Assembly: GCA_964246995.1 (NCBI GenBank)
Contig: CAXTSJ010000010.1
Location: 4,171 to 68,170 of the forward strand
From: an uncultured Hydrocarboniphaga sp.
GTDB lineage: Bacteria > Pseudomonadota > Gammaproteobacteria > Nevskiales > Nevskiaceae
Reading direction: 5' to 3'
DNA length: 64,000 bases
Shown in pieces: positions 49,568 through 59,714 of this stretch. A model generated the notes under the pieces. It did not search any database. It worked only from the letters and a program-made list of their open reading frames with translations, and was not told where the DNA came from. The translations under genes were made by a program, and so were the position numbers. The number at the start of each line of letters is the position of its first letter. The stretch's first letter is position 1.

Positions 49568-50332
49568 TTGATCCGCTTTGCGTCCCTGGGCAGCGGCAGC
49601 CGCGGCAACGCCACCCTGATCGAAGCGGGCGGCACCCGGGTGCTGATCGACTGCGGATTCCAGTTGCGCGAGACCGAGCGCCGCCTGGAAAAACTCGGCG
49701 TCGACGCCGCTTCGATCGACGCGATCCTGGTCACCCACGAGCATGGCGATCACCTCGGCGGCGTCGCCCGGCTGGCGCGCCGACATGGCGTCGAGGTGTG
49801 GATGACGCCAGGTACCTGCGCGGCCTGGAACGATCGCGACGTGCCCTCGGTGCGCACCTTCAGCCCGCATGCGAGCTTCGCCATCGGCGCGCTGGAAGTC
49901 GTGCCGTACCCGGTACCGCACGACGCCCGCGAACCCTGCCAGTACGTGCTCGTGTATGCCGGCCTGCGTCTCGGCATCCTCAGCGACGCCGGCCACATCA
50001 CGCCGCACATGCGCCAGACCCTGAGCGGCTGCGACGCGCTGATGCTCGAATGCAACCACGACGCGACGCTGCTCGCCGCCGGCCCCTATCCACCGAGCCT
50101 CAAGTTCCGCGTCGGCGGCAGCCGCGGACATCTCAACAACGTGCAGTCGGGCGAGCTACTGAGCAGCATCGACTGCTCGCGTCTGCAGCATCTGGTGCTG
50201 ACGCATTTGTCGGAGACCAACAACACGCCGCTATTGGCGATGCAGGTCATTCTGGACGCTTTGCAGTCTGGTCTCGAAAGGGTGGTCTGCGCCGATCAGG
50301 ATCAGGGTTTGGGCTGGCGGGAAGTCAGCTGA
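49568..50332 (+). CDS. MBL-fold metallo-hydrolase (YycJ/WalJ-like)
   Basis: LGSGSRGNA, THEHGDH, VPHDAREP, LECNHD, HLSETNN. Confidence 0.9.
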   Translation: MIRFASLGSGSRGNATLIEAGGTRVLIDCGFQLRETERRLEKLGVDAASIDAILVTHEHGDHLGGVARLARRHGVEVWMTPGTCAAWNDRDVPSVRTFSPHASFAIGALEVVPYPVPHDAREPCQYVLVYAGLRLGILSDAGHITPHMRQTLSGCDALMLECNHDATLLAAGPYPPSLKFRVGGSRGHLNNVQSGELLSSIDCSRLQHLVLTHLSETNNTPLLAMQVILDALQSGLERVVCADQDQGLGWREVS

Positions 50333-50483
50333 AGCGTTGCATGCGTGAAAACGCGGAGACCTCTAGCATTCATGCGCTGCAAAAGACGTCCGCTCCGCGA
50401 AATCGCTCAGAGCCGCAGTCCGCCATCGAGTTTCGCCAGGCAGCGGTCGAGCCAACAGCGGAGCGCGCACGCTCGGCGGCACA

Positions 50484-50954
50484 TCAGAGTGCCGCCGCCT
50501 CCAGGTGGAAAGTGAGCTTCAGCAGTTTCTCAAAAGGGAAAGCGTCCGCACCCAGCCTGCTCGGGTCGATCTTGAAATGCTTCGCCGCTTTTACTGCCGC
50601 GGCATCCAGGATTTCGTGGCCCGAAGTTTGTTCCACGCGCACGGATTCGACATGTCCGTTTGATGCGATCTTCATCGCCAGCACCGTCGAACCTTCGTAG
50701 TTCTTGCGCCGCGCTTCGGCCGGGTAGACCACGCGCGCTTCTTCCGTCATCCACGCGCTCTGGAAGCGATAGGTGCTCGGCTTGAACAGGTCGGTTGCCA
50801 GGTCCGTGGCCTTGTCGATCGGCGCCGGGTACCAGGTGGCGAGCGCCCAGACCAGGAGGCTGACGCCAACAGCGAGCGCGCCGAGCAAGGCGCCAACGCG
50901 GGCGGCTTTGCCAGTTTTCATCGGTGAAATTCCCAGATTGTTTTCTGGCGCCAT
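50484..50954 (-). CDS. Short TonB C-terminal domain protein
   Basis: N-terminal TM; YPAEARRKNYEG...GHV..V.VEQTSGHEILDAAAV; start may be 50921. Confidence 0.8.
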   Translation of the reverse strand: MAPENNLGISPMKTGKAARVGALLGALAVGVSLLVWALATWYPAPIDKATDLATDLFKPSTYRFQSAWMTEEARVVYPAEARRKNYEGSTVLAMKIASNGHVESVRVEQTSGHEILDAAAVKAAKHFKIDPSRLGADAFPFEKLLKLTFHLEAAAL

Positions 50955-51047
50955 TGTAGTGTTGCCGGCCCGTGTCTTGGTCTGATTCGCCGCGCCCCGT
51001 ATTACAATGCGCGCCGCTCACGCTATCGCGCCGCCAGGACCTGTTCG

Positions 51048-54000
51048 ATGTCTCTGCTCGTGCTCCCCGGCACCGCTTCGCTCTCCGCGTTCCGCCTTCA
51101 GCGCCTGCTCGATTCCCTAGGCCCGCAGGTCCCCGCGCTGAGCGGTTTGAGCGCGATCGAATTCTTTCTGGTCGATGCCGTCGATACGGCGCTGGCCGAC
51201 CTGCGCCGCCTGTTGGGAGACGGTCCTTCAAGCTTGCCGCGAGCCTCGTTGCGCTTATTCGTGGTGCCGCGCGTGGGCACCGTTTCGCCCTGGTCGTCAA
51301 AGGCGACGGACATCGCCAAGGTCTGCGGATTGAATGGCGTCAGGCGTATCGAACGCGGGCATTTGTTCCTGCTCGAGGGCATCAGCGAATTGCCGCCCGC
51401 GGCGCTCGACGTGCTGCACGATCCGATGGTCGAGTCGGTGCTGACCGACGAGGCGCATTTGCAGCGCGTCTTCGCCACCCCACCGCGTCGTCCGCTGCGC
51501 AGTGTCGATGTGATCGGGCAGGGCATCGCCGCCCTGGTGGCGGCGAATGCGGACTGGGGTCTGGCGCTGTCGGCGGAAGAGATCGAGTACCTGTCCGCGC
51601 ACTACCAGCAGGCCGGAAAGAATCCCACCGATGCCGAGCTGATGATGTTCGCGCAGGTGAATTCCGAGCACTGCCGCCACAAGATTTTCAACGCGGAATT
51701 CACCGTCGACGGCGAGCGCCAGCCGCATTCGCTGTTCGGCATGATCCGGCTCACGCACGCGGCGTCGCCGCAGGGCGTGCTGTCAGCGTACACGGACAAC
51801 TCATCGGTGATCCAAGGCCATCGCGCGACGCGTTTTTTCGCGCATGACGATCAGGTGTATCGCGGTGTTGAAGAGCCGGTGCACATCCTGATGAAAGTGG
51901 AGACACACAACCACCCAACCGGCATCTCGCCGCATCCCGGCGCGGCGACCGGCGCGGGCGGTGAGATCCGCGACGAGGCGGCGACCGGCACCGGCTCGCG
52001 GCCCAAGGCCGGGCTCGGCGGGTTCACTGTCGCCAACCTGCGCATCCCCGGTGATCTGCAGCCCTGGGAGACGCCGCTGTCGCGGCCCACGCGCATGGCC
52101 TCGGCCTTGCAGATCATGATCGACGGCCCGCTGGGCGCAGCGTCCTACAACAACGAATTCGGCCGGCCGAATCTCAACGGCTATTTCCGCAGCTTTGAGA
52201 TGATCACGCCCGATGGCCGCAATCGCGGCTACCACAAGCCGATCATGATCGCCGGCGGTTACGGCAGCATCCGCGAGCAACACGTCCACAAGCGCGAAGT
52301 GGTCGAAGGCGCGCGGCTGGTGGTCCTCGGCGGCCCGGCGATGCTGATCGGTCTCGGCGGCGGCGCGGCGAGTTCGATGGCCACCGGCAGCAGTCACGCC
52401 GAGCTGGATTTCGCTTCGGTGCAGCGCGCCAATCCGGAGCTCGAGCGCCGTTGCCAGCAAGTGATCGACGCCTGCTGCGCGCTGGACGACGACAATCCGA
52501 TCCTGTCGATCCACGACGTCGGTGCCGGCGGCATTTCCAACGCGCTGCCGGAGTTGGTGCACGCCGACGATCGCGGCGGCGTGTTCCAGTTGCGCGACGT
52601 GCTCTGCGCCGATCCCTCGCTGTCGCCGATGGAGATCTGGTGCAACGAATCGCAGGAGCGCTACGTGATCGCACTCGCGCCGGAAGGCCTGGCGATATTG
52701 GAGGCCGCCTGCGCGCGCGAGCGCTGTCCATATGCGGTGGTTGGCACCGCGACCGCCGAGCGCCAGCTCGTCGTCGAAGATCGTGTGGACGGGACGCGGC
52801 CTGTCGACATGCCGATGCCGGTGCTTCTCGGCAAGCCGCCGCGTATGCAGCGCGACACGCGACGCGAAGCGCCGGTCACGCGCCTCTTCGACACGCAGGC
52901 GCTGGACATCGGCGATGCCCTGCAGCGGCTGCTGCGGCTGCCGGCGATCGCGTCGAAGAGCTTCCTGATCACCATCGGCGATCGCAGCGTCGGCGGCTTG
53001 AGCGTGCGCGACCAGATGGTCGGTCCCTGGCAGGTGCCGGTCGCCGATTGCGCGGTGACGGCAACGTCCTTCACCAGCGTGACTGGCGAGGCGATGGCGA
53101 TGGGCGAGCGTCCGCTGCTGGCGCTGCTCGACGCCGCGGCGTCCGCGCGCATGGCGGTGGGCGAGGCGGTGACCAATATCGCCAGCGCGTCGATCGAAAA
53201 AATCCAGGACATCCGCCTCTCCGCCAACTGGATGGCGGCCTGCGGACAGTTTGATGAAGACGCGCGTCTGTTCGACGCGGTGCGCGCGATCGGCGAGCAA
53301 CTTTGCCCACAACTGGGTATCGCGATTCCGGTGGGCAAGGATTCGCTGTCGATGAAGTCGGTGTGGAGCGAAGGCGACGCGGCGCACACGCAGACCGCGC
53401 CGGTGTCGGCGATCATCTCGGCGTTTGCGCCGGTGGCCGACGTGCGCCGCACGCTGACGCCGCAGCTGCGTGCCAATGCCGGTCCGACGCGTCTGCTGCT
53501 GATCGATCTGGGCAATGGCAAGAACCGCCTGGGCGGCTCGGCGCTGGCGCAGGTCTTTGGCGAAATCGGACAGACGCCGCCGGATCTGGATCATCCCGAG
53601 CAGCTGATCACTGCGTTCGCATTGGTCCAGCATCTCAACGCCGGCGATCAGCTTCTCGCCTGCCACGACCGCTCCGATGGTGGCCTGTTCGTGACGCTCG
53701 CCGAGATGGCGTTCGCGGGCCACGTTGGTTTGAGCGTCGAGCTGCCGTGCGATGAGGTGGCCGCGTCACTGTTCGCCGAGGAGCTGGGCTGGGTTCTGCA
53801 AGTGCGTGAATCCGACGCCGCGGCCATCCTGAAACAGGCGCGTGCCGCCGGCTTGAACGCTGTCGATGTCGGCTCGCCCGATAACGATGACGTCCTGCGT
53901 TTCTCGCGTGAGGGCCAGGTGATCTTCAGCGGTGATCGCGAGACGCTGCACAAGCTCTGGGCCGAGACCAGCTACCGCATCGCCGCACTGCGCGACCATC

Positions 54001-54881
54001 CGGACTGCGCGCGTGAAGAGTTCGAAACCATCGGCGCGCGCAGCGAGGCGGGGCTGTCGATGCGTTTGAGTTTCGACGTCGCGTCTGCACCGCCGGTGCT
54101 GTGCACGCGGCCGAAAGTCGCGATCCTGCGCGAGCAGGGCGTCAACAGTCACGTCGAGATGGCCTACGCCTTCGATGCCGCCGGCTTCGAGTCGATCGAC
54201 GTGCATATGTCCGACGTGCTTGAAGGGCGCGTGCGGCTGCGGGACTTCGCCGGCCTGGTCGCTTGCGGTGGCTTCTCCTACGGCGACGTGCTCGGTGCCG
54301 GGCAGGGCTGGGCCAAGACCATCCTGTTTTCAGCGCGCGGTCGCGACGAGTTCACCGGCTTTCTGGCCGATCCACGCAAGTTCGCGCTCGGCGTTTGCAA
54401 CGGCTGCCAGATGTTCGCCGCGCTCAAGGACATCGTGCCCGGCGCGACGCATTGGCCGGCGTTCCGGCGCAACGCGTCGGAGCAGTTCGAGGCGCGTTGG
54501 TCGCAGGTGGAAATCCTCGAAAGCCGCTCGATCCTGTTCGCCGGCATGGCCGGGTCGCGATTGCCGATCGCGGTTTCCCACGGCGAAGGCCGCGCCGTGT
54601 TCAGCGGCGCGAACGATCTGCGAATGCTCGGAGACAACGGCCAGGTGTCGATGCGTTTCATCGACGGCCAGGGCGGCGTCGCGACGCGCTATCCAGCCAA
54701 TCCGAACGGCTCGCCGGCAGGGCTGACATCGGTGTGCAACGACGATGGCCGTATCAGCATCCTCATGCCGCATCCCGAACGCAGCGTCGCCGGCACCACC
54801 GGATCATGGTGGCCGCGGCGATGGGACGAGCACACGCCATGGTTCCGCATCTTCCAGAACGCGCGCCGCTGGGTCGGCTGA
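51048..54881 (+). CDS. purL: Phosphoribosylformylglycinamidine synthase (large PurL)
   Basis: NSEHCRHKIF, KVETHNHPT, HDVGAGG, GKDS, GGFSYGD, GVCNGCQ, MPHPER. Confidence 0.98.
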   Translation: MSLLVLPGTASLSAFRLQRLLDSLGPQVPALSGLSAIEFFLVDAVDTALADLRRLLGDGPSSLPRASLRLFVVPRVGTVSPWSSKATDIAKVCGLNGVRRIERGHLFLLEGISELPPAALDVLHDPMVESVLTDEAHLQRVFATPPRRPLRSVDVIGQGIAALVAANADWGLALSAEEIEYLSAHYQQAGKNPTDAELMMFAQVNSEHCRHKIFNAEFTVDGERQPHSLFGMIRLTHAASPQGVLSAYTDNSSVIQGHRATRFFAHDDQVYRGVEEPVHILMKVETHNHPTGISPHPGAATGAGGEIRDEAATGTGSRPKAGLGGFTVANLRIPGDLQPWETPLSRPTRMASALQIMIDGPLGAASYNNEFGRPNLNGYFRSFEMITPDGRNRGYHKPIMIAGGYGSIREQHVHKREVVEGARLVVLGGPAMLIGLGGGAASSMATGSSHAELDFASVQRANPELERRCQQVIDACCALDDDNPILSIHDVGAGGISNALPELVHADDRGGVFQLRDVLCADPSLSPMEIWCNESQERYVIALAPEGLAILEAACARERCPYAVVGTATAERQLVVEDRVDGTRPVDMPMPVLLGKPPRMQRDTRREAPVTRLFDTQALDIGDALQRLLRLPAIASKSFLITIGDRSVGGLSVRDQMVGPWQVPVADCAVTATSFTSVTGEAMAMGERPLLALLDAAASARMAVGEAVTNIASASIEKIQDIRLSANWMAACGQFDEDARLFDAVRAIGEQLCPQLGIAIPVGKDSLSMKSVWSEGDAAHTQTAPVSAIISAFAPVADVRRTLTPQLRANAGPTRLLLIDLGNGKNRLGGSALAQVFGEIGQTPPDLDHPEQLITAFALVQHLNAGDQLLACHDRSDGGLFVTLAEMAFAGHVGLSVELPCDEVAASLFAEELGWVLQVRESDAAAILKQARAAGLNAVDVGSPDNDDVLRFSREGQVIFSGDRETLHKLWAETSYRIAALRDHPDCAREEFETIGARSEAGLSMRLSFDVASAPPVLCTRPKVAILREQGVNSHVEMAYAFDAAGFESIDVHMSDVLEGRVRLRDFAGLVACGGFSYGDVLGAGQGWAKTILFSARGRDEFTGFLADPRKFALGVCNGCQMFAALKDIVPGATHWPAFRRNASEQFEARWSQVEILESRSILFAGMAGSRLPIAVSHGEGRAVFSGANDLRMLGDNGQVSMRFIDGQGGVATRYPANPNGSPAGLTSVCNDDGRISILMPHPERSVAGTTGSWWPRRWDEHTPWFRIFQNARRWVG

Positions 54882-54882
54882 G

Positions 54883-55686
54883 CTATCGGCTGGCTGGAGG
54901 CGTTGGTGCGGCGGTCGAGCCGGCGTCGATGCCCGGCTCGTCGCTATCGCTTGCGTCCTCGTCACCAAAATCCAGATCGGGGTCTTTCGGCGGATTGCCG
55001 TCGTAGACCAGGTTCATCCGATGGTCCAGATAGACGGTGCGAAAGAATACGTAGGGATCGAGCTGCTGCCTCAGCACTTTTTCACTACCGAGGAGCTTGG
55101 AGCGGTCGACGATGGCCTGTCCGCCAGCGATGAACAGACGGTCCACAAAATTGATCGAGTCGATGTAGGTCAGCGGGTCGCTCGGGTTGTCGTAAAAGAA
55201 CGAGCCATCGCCAACGAAGCCGACCAGGTCGCGATTGCTGCTGGCACCCAACAGCGGCAGCATCAGATACCAGCCAGGGCCGACCCCCCAGTGTCCGAGC
55301 GTCTGCCCCAGGTCTTCGTTATGCAGCGGCAAACCCTGATCGGTTGCGACGTCGATCAGGCCAACGATGCCGACGGTGGTGTTCAACACGAAGCGCAGGG
55401 TGTCCTGCCCGGACTGCTTGAATTTGGCCTGCAGCAGATCGTTGACGATGGTCGTCGGATAGAAAAGGTTATCGAAGAAATTGCTGATGCCCTTGCGCGC
55501 CGGGTCGGGCACGACCTTGACATAGGTTTTGGCAACCGGCTTCAAGACATATTTGTCGGCCTTGAGATTGAACTTGAAGATCGGGCGGTTGATCTTCTCC
55601 AGCGGATCCTGCGGATCGTAGGAGGGCGAATTCGCGCAGGCGCTCAAGGACAACAGGCTCACCAGCAATAGCAATACTCTTCCCAC
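54883..55686 (-). CDS. mlaA: Lipoprotein MlaA/VacJ
   Basis: Lipobox LSAC, DPLEKINR, EDLGQTLG.WG, LPLLG. Confidence 0.93.
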   Translation of the reverse strand: MGRVLLLLVSLLSLSACANSPSYDPQDPLEKINRPIFKFNLKADKYVLKPVAKTYVKVVPDPARKGISNFFDNLFYPTTIVNDLLQAKFKQSGQDTLRFVLNTTVGIVGLIDVATDQGLPLHNEDLGQTLGHWGVGPGWYLMLPLLGASSNRDLVGFVGDGSFFYDNPSDPLTYIDSINFVDRLFIAGGQAIVDRSKLLGSEKVLRQQLDPYVFFRTVYLDHRMNLVYDGNPPKDPDLDFGDEDASDSDEPGIDAGSTAAPTPPASR

Positions 55687-55716
55687 CAGTCCCCCGATCG
55701 CGGCGTCGCTGCCGCG

Positions 55717-55971
55717 CTACTCCAACAGCAATACTTCGTCCAGCTCGAAGAAACGCAACAACTGCCTGACCTGCTCGTTCGCGTTCAACACCTTGAGACT
55801 CTGCCCGTGTGCGCGGGCGCGACGCGTTTTTTCGAGCAGGTAGGCGGCGCCTGCGCTGTCGATGCGAGTGCAGCGCGCCAGATCGACTCGATCGGTGACG
55901 CCGCTGTCTTCCCGCAGGAACTGCGGCACCGTCGCCAAGGTCAGCGCACCTTCGATGGCGACGATGGTCAT
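55717..55971 (-). CDS. mlaB: STAS domain protein MlaB
   Basis: IEGALT, VDL....IDSAG; position in the mla operon. Confidence 0.85.
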   Translation of the reverse strand: MTIVAIEGALTLATVPQFLREDSGVTDRVDLARCTRIDSAGAAYLLEKTRRARAHGQSLKVLNANEQVRQLLRFFELDEVLLLE

Positions 55972-55981
55972 TGCTTCAGGC

Positions 55982-56629
55982 TCAGGACTTCGCGCCAGCA
56001 CCGGCGCTGGTATCCGGCGGCGCCACGACCTGCTGACCCGACTCGAGCTTCTGGATCACCGCATCGAGGCTCGACGATTTGATCTGCGAGGCGACCTGGC
56101 TGCGGAAGTTGGTGATCAGCGAAATGTTCTCCACCTTGATGTCATAGACCTTCCAGGTGGCGTCCTTCAGGCGCATGTCGAACGCCAGCTGCACGGGCGG
56201 GCCTTCCTTGCGCAGCAGCTGCGTGTTCACCGTCGCTTCCTTGGCGTCGGCCGCCATCTGCGCCGGCTTGACCTCGGCCTTGACGCTGTCGTGATACTGC
56301 AGCAGCGCATCGGCATACGAGCGGATCAGCATGTTCTTGAAAGCCACCTCGAAGCGCTTGCGCTGATCGGGCGTTGCGGTCTTCCAGTTGCGCGCCAGGA
56401 TCAGCTGGGCGATGTACTGCGTGTCGAAGTACTGGACGATGCGGCCATCCACCATCTTGTAGAACGCGGGCTTGTCGGCGGCGTACTTGTCGTGATTCTT
56501 GCCGATGTCCGACTGCAGCTCGCCGGTGGCGGTCTTGACGACCTCGTCCGGCGTCGGCACCGCGAGCGCGGCGCCGCTGAGAGTGATCGCGGCAAATAAT
56601 GTCGTTACAACCGATAAAAAGCGTTTCAT
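55982..56629 (-). CDS. mlaC: Periplasmic phospholipid-binding protein MlaC
   Basis: Signal peptide, WKVYDIKVENISL..NFRSQ. Confidence 0.92.
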   Translation of the reverse strand: MKRFLSVVTTLFAAITLSGAALAVPTPDEVVKTATGELQSDIGKNHDKYAADKPAFYKMVDGRIVQYFDTQYIAQLILARNWKTATPDQRKRFEVAFKNMLIRSYADALLQYHDSVKAEVKPAQMAADAKEATVNTQLLRKEGPPVQLAFDMRLKDATWKVYDIKVENISLITNFRSQVASQIKSSSLDAVIQKLESGQQVVAPPDTSAGAGAKS

Positions 56630-57165
56630 TGCTTGACTCCAGATGAGGCGTCTTTGGGTTTCAGGGAATCCGCCAACTGCCCGATGGCTTGCGCCAGTTT
56701 GTCGTCCTTGGGTCCGGCCTGGTTGGCCATGAACTGGCCGATCAGATTTTCCAGCACCAGCGCGCTCTGAGTGAGCTTGATGCGCGCGCCGTCCTTGAGA
56801 CTCTCGTCGGCACCGCCGGGTTCAAAGCCCACGTACTGCTCGCCGAGCAGGCCGGCGGTGAGGATCTTGGCGTTGGAGTCCTCGGGGATATTGTTGTACT
56901 TCTCGGAAAGATCGATGCCGACATCGGCCTGGAAGGTGTCGGAGTTGATCTTGATCTCGCGTACTCGCCCGATCTTGACGCCGGCCATGGTGACAGCGGC
57001 GCCGGCTTTGAGCCCGCCAATGTTCTCGAACGACGCCGTCACCCTGTAGACCTTGCCGCCATCGACGTTGTCGATGCTGGCAGCGCGAAAGGTGAGGACG
57101 AAGACAGCCGCGACGCCGAGACAGACGAAGAAGCCGACCAACATTTCCAAAGCACGGGATTGCAT
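56626..57165 (-). CDS. mlaD: MCE protein MlaD
   Basis: FENIGGLK..A.V.MAGV.IGRV, TAGLLGEQY, LENLIGQF. Confidence 0.94.
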   Translation of the reverse strand: MQSRALEMLVGFFVCLGVAAVFVLTFRAASIDNVDGGKVYRVTASFENIGGLKAGAAVTMAGVKIGRVREIKINSDTFQADVGIDLSEKYNNIPEDSNAKILTAGLLGEQYVGFEPGGADESLKDGARIKLTQSALVLENLIGQFMANQAGPKDDKLAQAIGQLADSLKPKDASSGVKQ

Positions 57166-57210
57166 GGCGATTGCCTTTACCTTCCTCAGCAGACCCTGAG
57201 GCGCGGGCGA

Positions 57211-57978
57211 TTAATTGAACATGAATGCGGTGAGCATGAAATCCAGCGCCAGAATGGCGAGGGACGACACGACGACCGTCGAGGTGGTAGCACGCGAAAC
57301 GCCTTCGGCGTTGGGCGCGGCGGTATAGCCCTGGTAGACCGAGATCCAGCTCACGGCGAAACCGAACACCAGGGATTTGACCAGGCTGTCGCGGATGTCG
57401 GCGAACTCCACCGAACTGCGGATGGCCGACCAGTAGCTGCCGGCATCCACGCCAAGCAATTCGACGCCCACCGCGTGCCCGCCGGAGACGCCGATCGCCA
57501 TGATCGCGAAGATCATCGACAGCAGCGGCATGGCGATGAAGCCGGCGATGAAGCGCGGCGCGACCACGCGCTCGATCGGGTCCACCGCCATCATTTCCAT
57601 CGCGGACAGCTGGTCGGTGGCTTTCATCAAGCCGAGCTCCGCAGCCAGGGAAGAACCGGCGCGGCCGGCGAAGAGCAGGGCGGTCACCACCGGCCCCAGC
57701 TCGCGGATGATCACCAGCGCCACGAAGACGCCGAGCGATTCCGCCGCGCCGAAGCGCACCAGCGTGCGATAACCCTGCAGCGCCAGCACCATGCCGATGA
57801 ACACGCCGGAGATGACGATGATGATCATCGACAGCACGCCCAGCGAATACAGCTGCTGCACGATCAGCTTGGGGCGCAGCAGCGCCGCCGGCACGGCGCG
57901 CAGCACCGCCAGCAAGAAGAATTGCGCCTGCCCGAGGCCGGCAAAAAAACGCGCGATCACTTCCCTGACGCCATTCAT
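57211..57978 (-). CDS. mlaE: ABC permease MlaE
   Basis: RELGPVVTALLFAGRAGS, QLSAMEMMAVDP, EGVSRATT. Confidence 0.95.
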   Translation of the reverse strand: MNGVREVIARFFAGLGQAQFFLLAVLRAVPAALLRPKLIVQQLYSLGVLSMIIIVISGVFIGMVLALQGYRTLVRFGAAESLGVFVALVIIRELGPVVTALLFAGRAGSSLAAELGLMKATDQLSAMEMMAVDPIERVVAPRFIAGFIAMPLLSMIFAIMAIGVSGGHAVGVELLGVDAGSYWSAIRSSVEFADIRDSLVKSLVFGFAVSWISVYQGYTAAPNAEGVSRATTSTVVVSSLAILALDFMLTAFMFN

Positions 57979-58808
57979 CGCGGCGCTCCGAGCAGGTCGT
58001 CGGCGTAGGGCGCGGCCTTGTACTGGAAGGCGATCGGACCGTCGGGCTCGCCTTTGAGGAACTGCTGCACGAACGGCGAAGCCGACGCGCGAATCTGCTC
58101 GGCGGTACCGTGGTCCAGCACCTTGCCGTCGGACACCACATAGGCGTAGTCGGCGATCGACAACACTTCCTTAATGTCGTGAGACACCACGATCGACGTC
58201 AACCCCAGCGCGTCGTTGAGCATTTTGATCAGGCGGATCAGCACGGCCATGCTGATCGGGTCCTGGCCGGTAAAGGGCTCGTCGTACATCACCATGTCGG
58301 GATCGAGTGCGATGGCACGGGCCAGCGCCACGCGCCGCGCCATGCCGCCGGAAAGCTGCTCGGGATACAGATCGCGCGCGCCGCGCAGGCCGACGGCCTG
58401 CAGCTTCATCAGCACCAGATCGCGGATCATCGACTCCGGCAGCTTGGTGTGTTCGCGCAGCGGGAACGCGACGTTCTCGAAAGCCGTGAGATCGGTCAGC
58501 AGCGCGCCGTTCTGGAACAGCATGCCCATGCGTCGGCGCAGGGCGTAGAGCTTGCCGCGGCGCAGCCGATGCACTCCGACACCATCGAATTCGACACTGC
58601 CGGCGCTCGGCTTCCACTGGCCGCCGATCAAGCGCAGCAAGGTCGTCTTGCCAGTGCCCGATGGTCCGAGGATCGCAGTGATCTTGCCGCGGGCGATGTC
58701 GATATCGATGCCCTGGTAGATCACGCGCTTGCCCTGACGGAACTGCACGCCCCGACAGCGGACCAGCACGTCGCCCGTACTGACGGATGGGATCGGACTG
58801 GAATTCAT
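57975..58808 (-). CDS. mlaF: ABC ATPase MlaF
   Basis: GPSGTGKT, LSGGMARRVALARA, YDEPFTGQDP. Confidence 0.95.
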   Translation of the reverse strand: MNSSPIPSVSTGDVLVRCRGVQFRQGKRVIYQGIDIDIARGKITAILGPSGTGKTTLLRLIGGQWKPSAGSVEFDGVGVHRLRRGKLYALRRRMGMLFQNGALLTDLTAFENVAFPLREHTKLPESMIRDLVLMKLQAVGLRGARDLYPEQLSGGMARRVALARAIALDPDMVMYDEPFTGQDPISMAVLIRLIKMLNDALGLTSIVVSHDIKEVLSIADYAYVVSDGKVLDHGTAEQIRASASPFVQQFLKGEPDGPIAFQYKAAPYADDLLGAPR

Positions 58809-59045
58809 TGACGAGATTTACGTCCGAAAGCCAGCAACGGTTGCGGAGGTGCGCTGATCGGGCTCATTGCAAGCATTGTAGGGGCATTCAGCCGCGCCTG
58901 CGTGTGACTTCGCACAGGGCCCGATGGACGATTTCATACCGAGCCAAAGCCCTTTTCTGCTGTTGTGAGTGCGCATCGCGGCTTGCAGTCTGGCGTCTTG
59001 TGCTGAACCCAGGCCGCAGGCTCCTGATTGGCATAGCCTGCCGGA

Positions 59046-59714
59046 TCAGGCCGAACCTTCGTAGCCCAGGAATCGCAGCAGATGGCCTTGCAGATCCGCC
59101 TGCACGATTTCCAGTTCGGGGCCGCCCCGATCCCGGACCTGTGTCACCGCCAGGCCGCGATAGCCGCAGGGATCGATCGAACGAAACGGTGCGAGGTCCA
59201 TGTCGGTGTTGAGCGCCAGGCCGTGGTAGCTGCAGCCGCGCCGGACGCGCAGCCCCAGCGATGCGATCTTGGCGCGCGCGCCGTCGACGTCGACATACAC
59301 GCCGGGCGCCTTGGCATCGGCGTAGGCTTGAATGCCGTAGCCGGCCAGAGCCGCGATCACCGCCTGCTCGATGCGCGTCACCAGCGCACGGATGCAGAAG
59401 CCCAGACGCTTCAGGTCCAGCAGCAGATACACCACGATCTGCCCCGGCCCGTGATACGTGATCTGGCCGCCGCGATCGCTGCGGATCACCGCGATGTCGC
59501 CAGCCCCGTGTAGATGCTCATCGCGGCCCGCCTGGCCTTGCGTATAAATCGGAGCGTGCTGCAGCAACCAGATCTGATCCGGTGTCGCTGCGTCGCGCGT
59601 ATCGGTGAAGCGGCGCATCGCCGCGAGGGACTCCGTGTAGTCGGTCAGCGCCGGCCAGATCCGGATGTCCGGTGGCGGCAGATTTTCTGCGGTGATGGAG
59701 ACGCTGCTAGCCAC
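59046..59714 (-). CDS. lipB: Lipoyl(octanoyl) transferase
   Basis: RGGQITYHGPGQ, KIASLGL, YHGLALN, IDPCG. Confidence 0.96.
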   Translation of the reverse strand: MASSVSITAENLPPPDIRIWPALTDYTESLAAMRRFTDTRDAATPDQIWLLQHAPIYTQGQAGRDEHLHGAGDIAVIRSDRGGQITYHGPGQIVVYLLLDLKRLGFCIRALVTRIEQAVIAALAGYGIQAYADAKAPGVYVDVDGARAKIASLGLRVRRGCSYHGLALNTDMDLAPFRSIDPCGYRGLAVTQVRDRGGPELEIVQADLQGHLLRFLGYEGSA

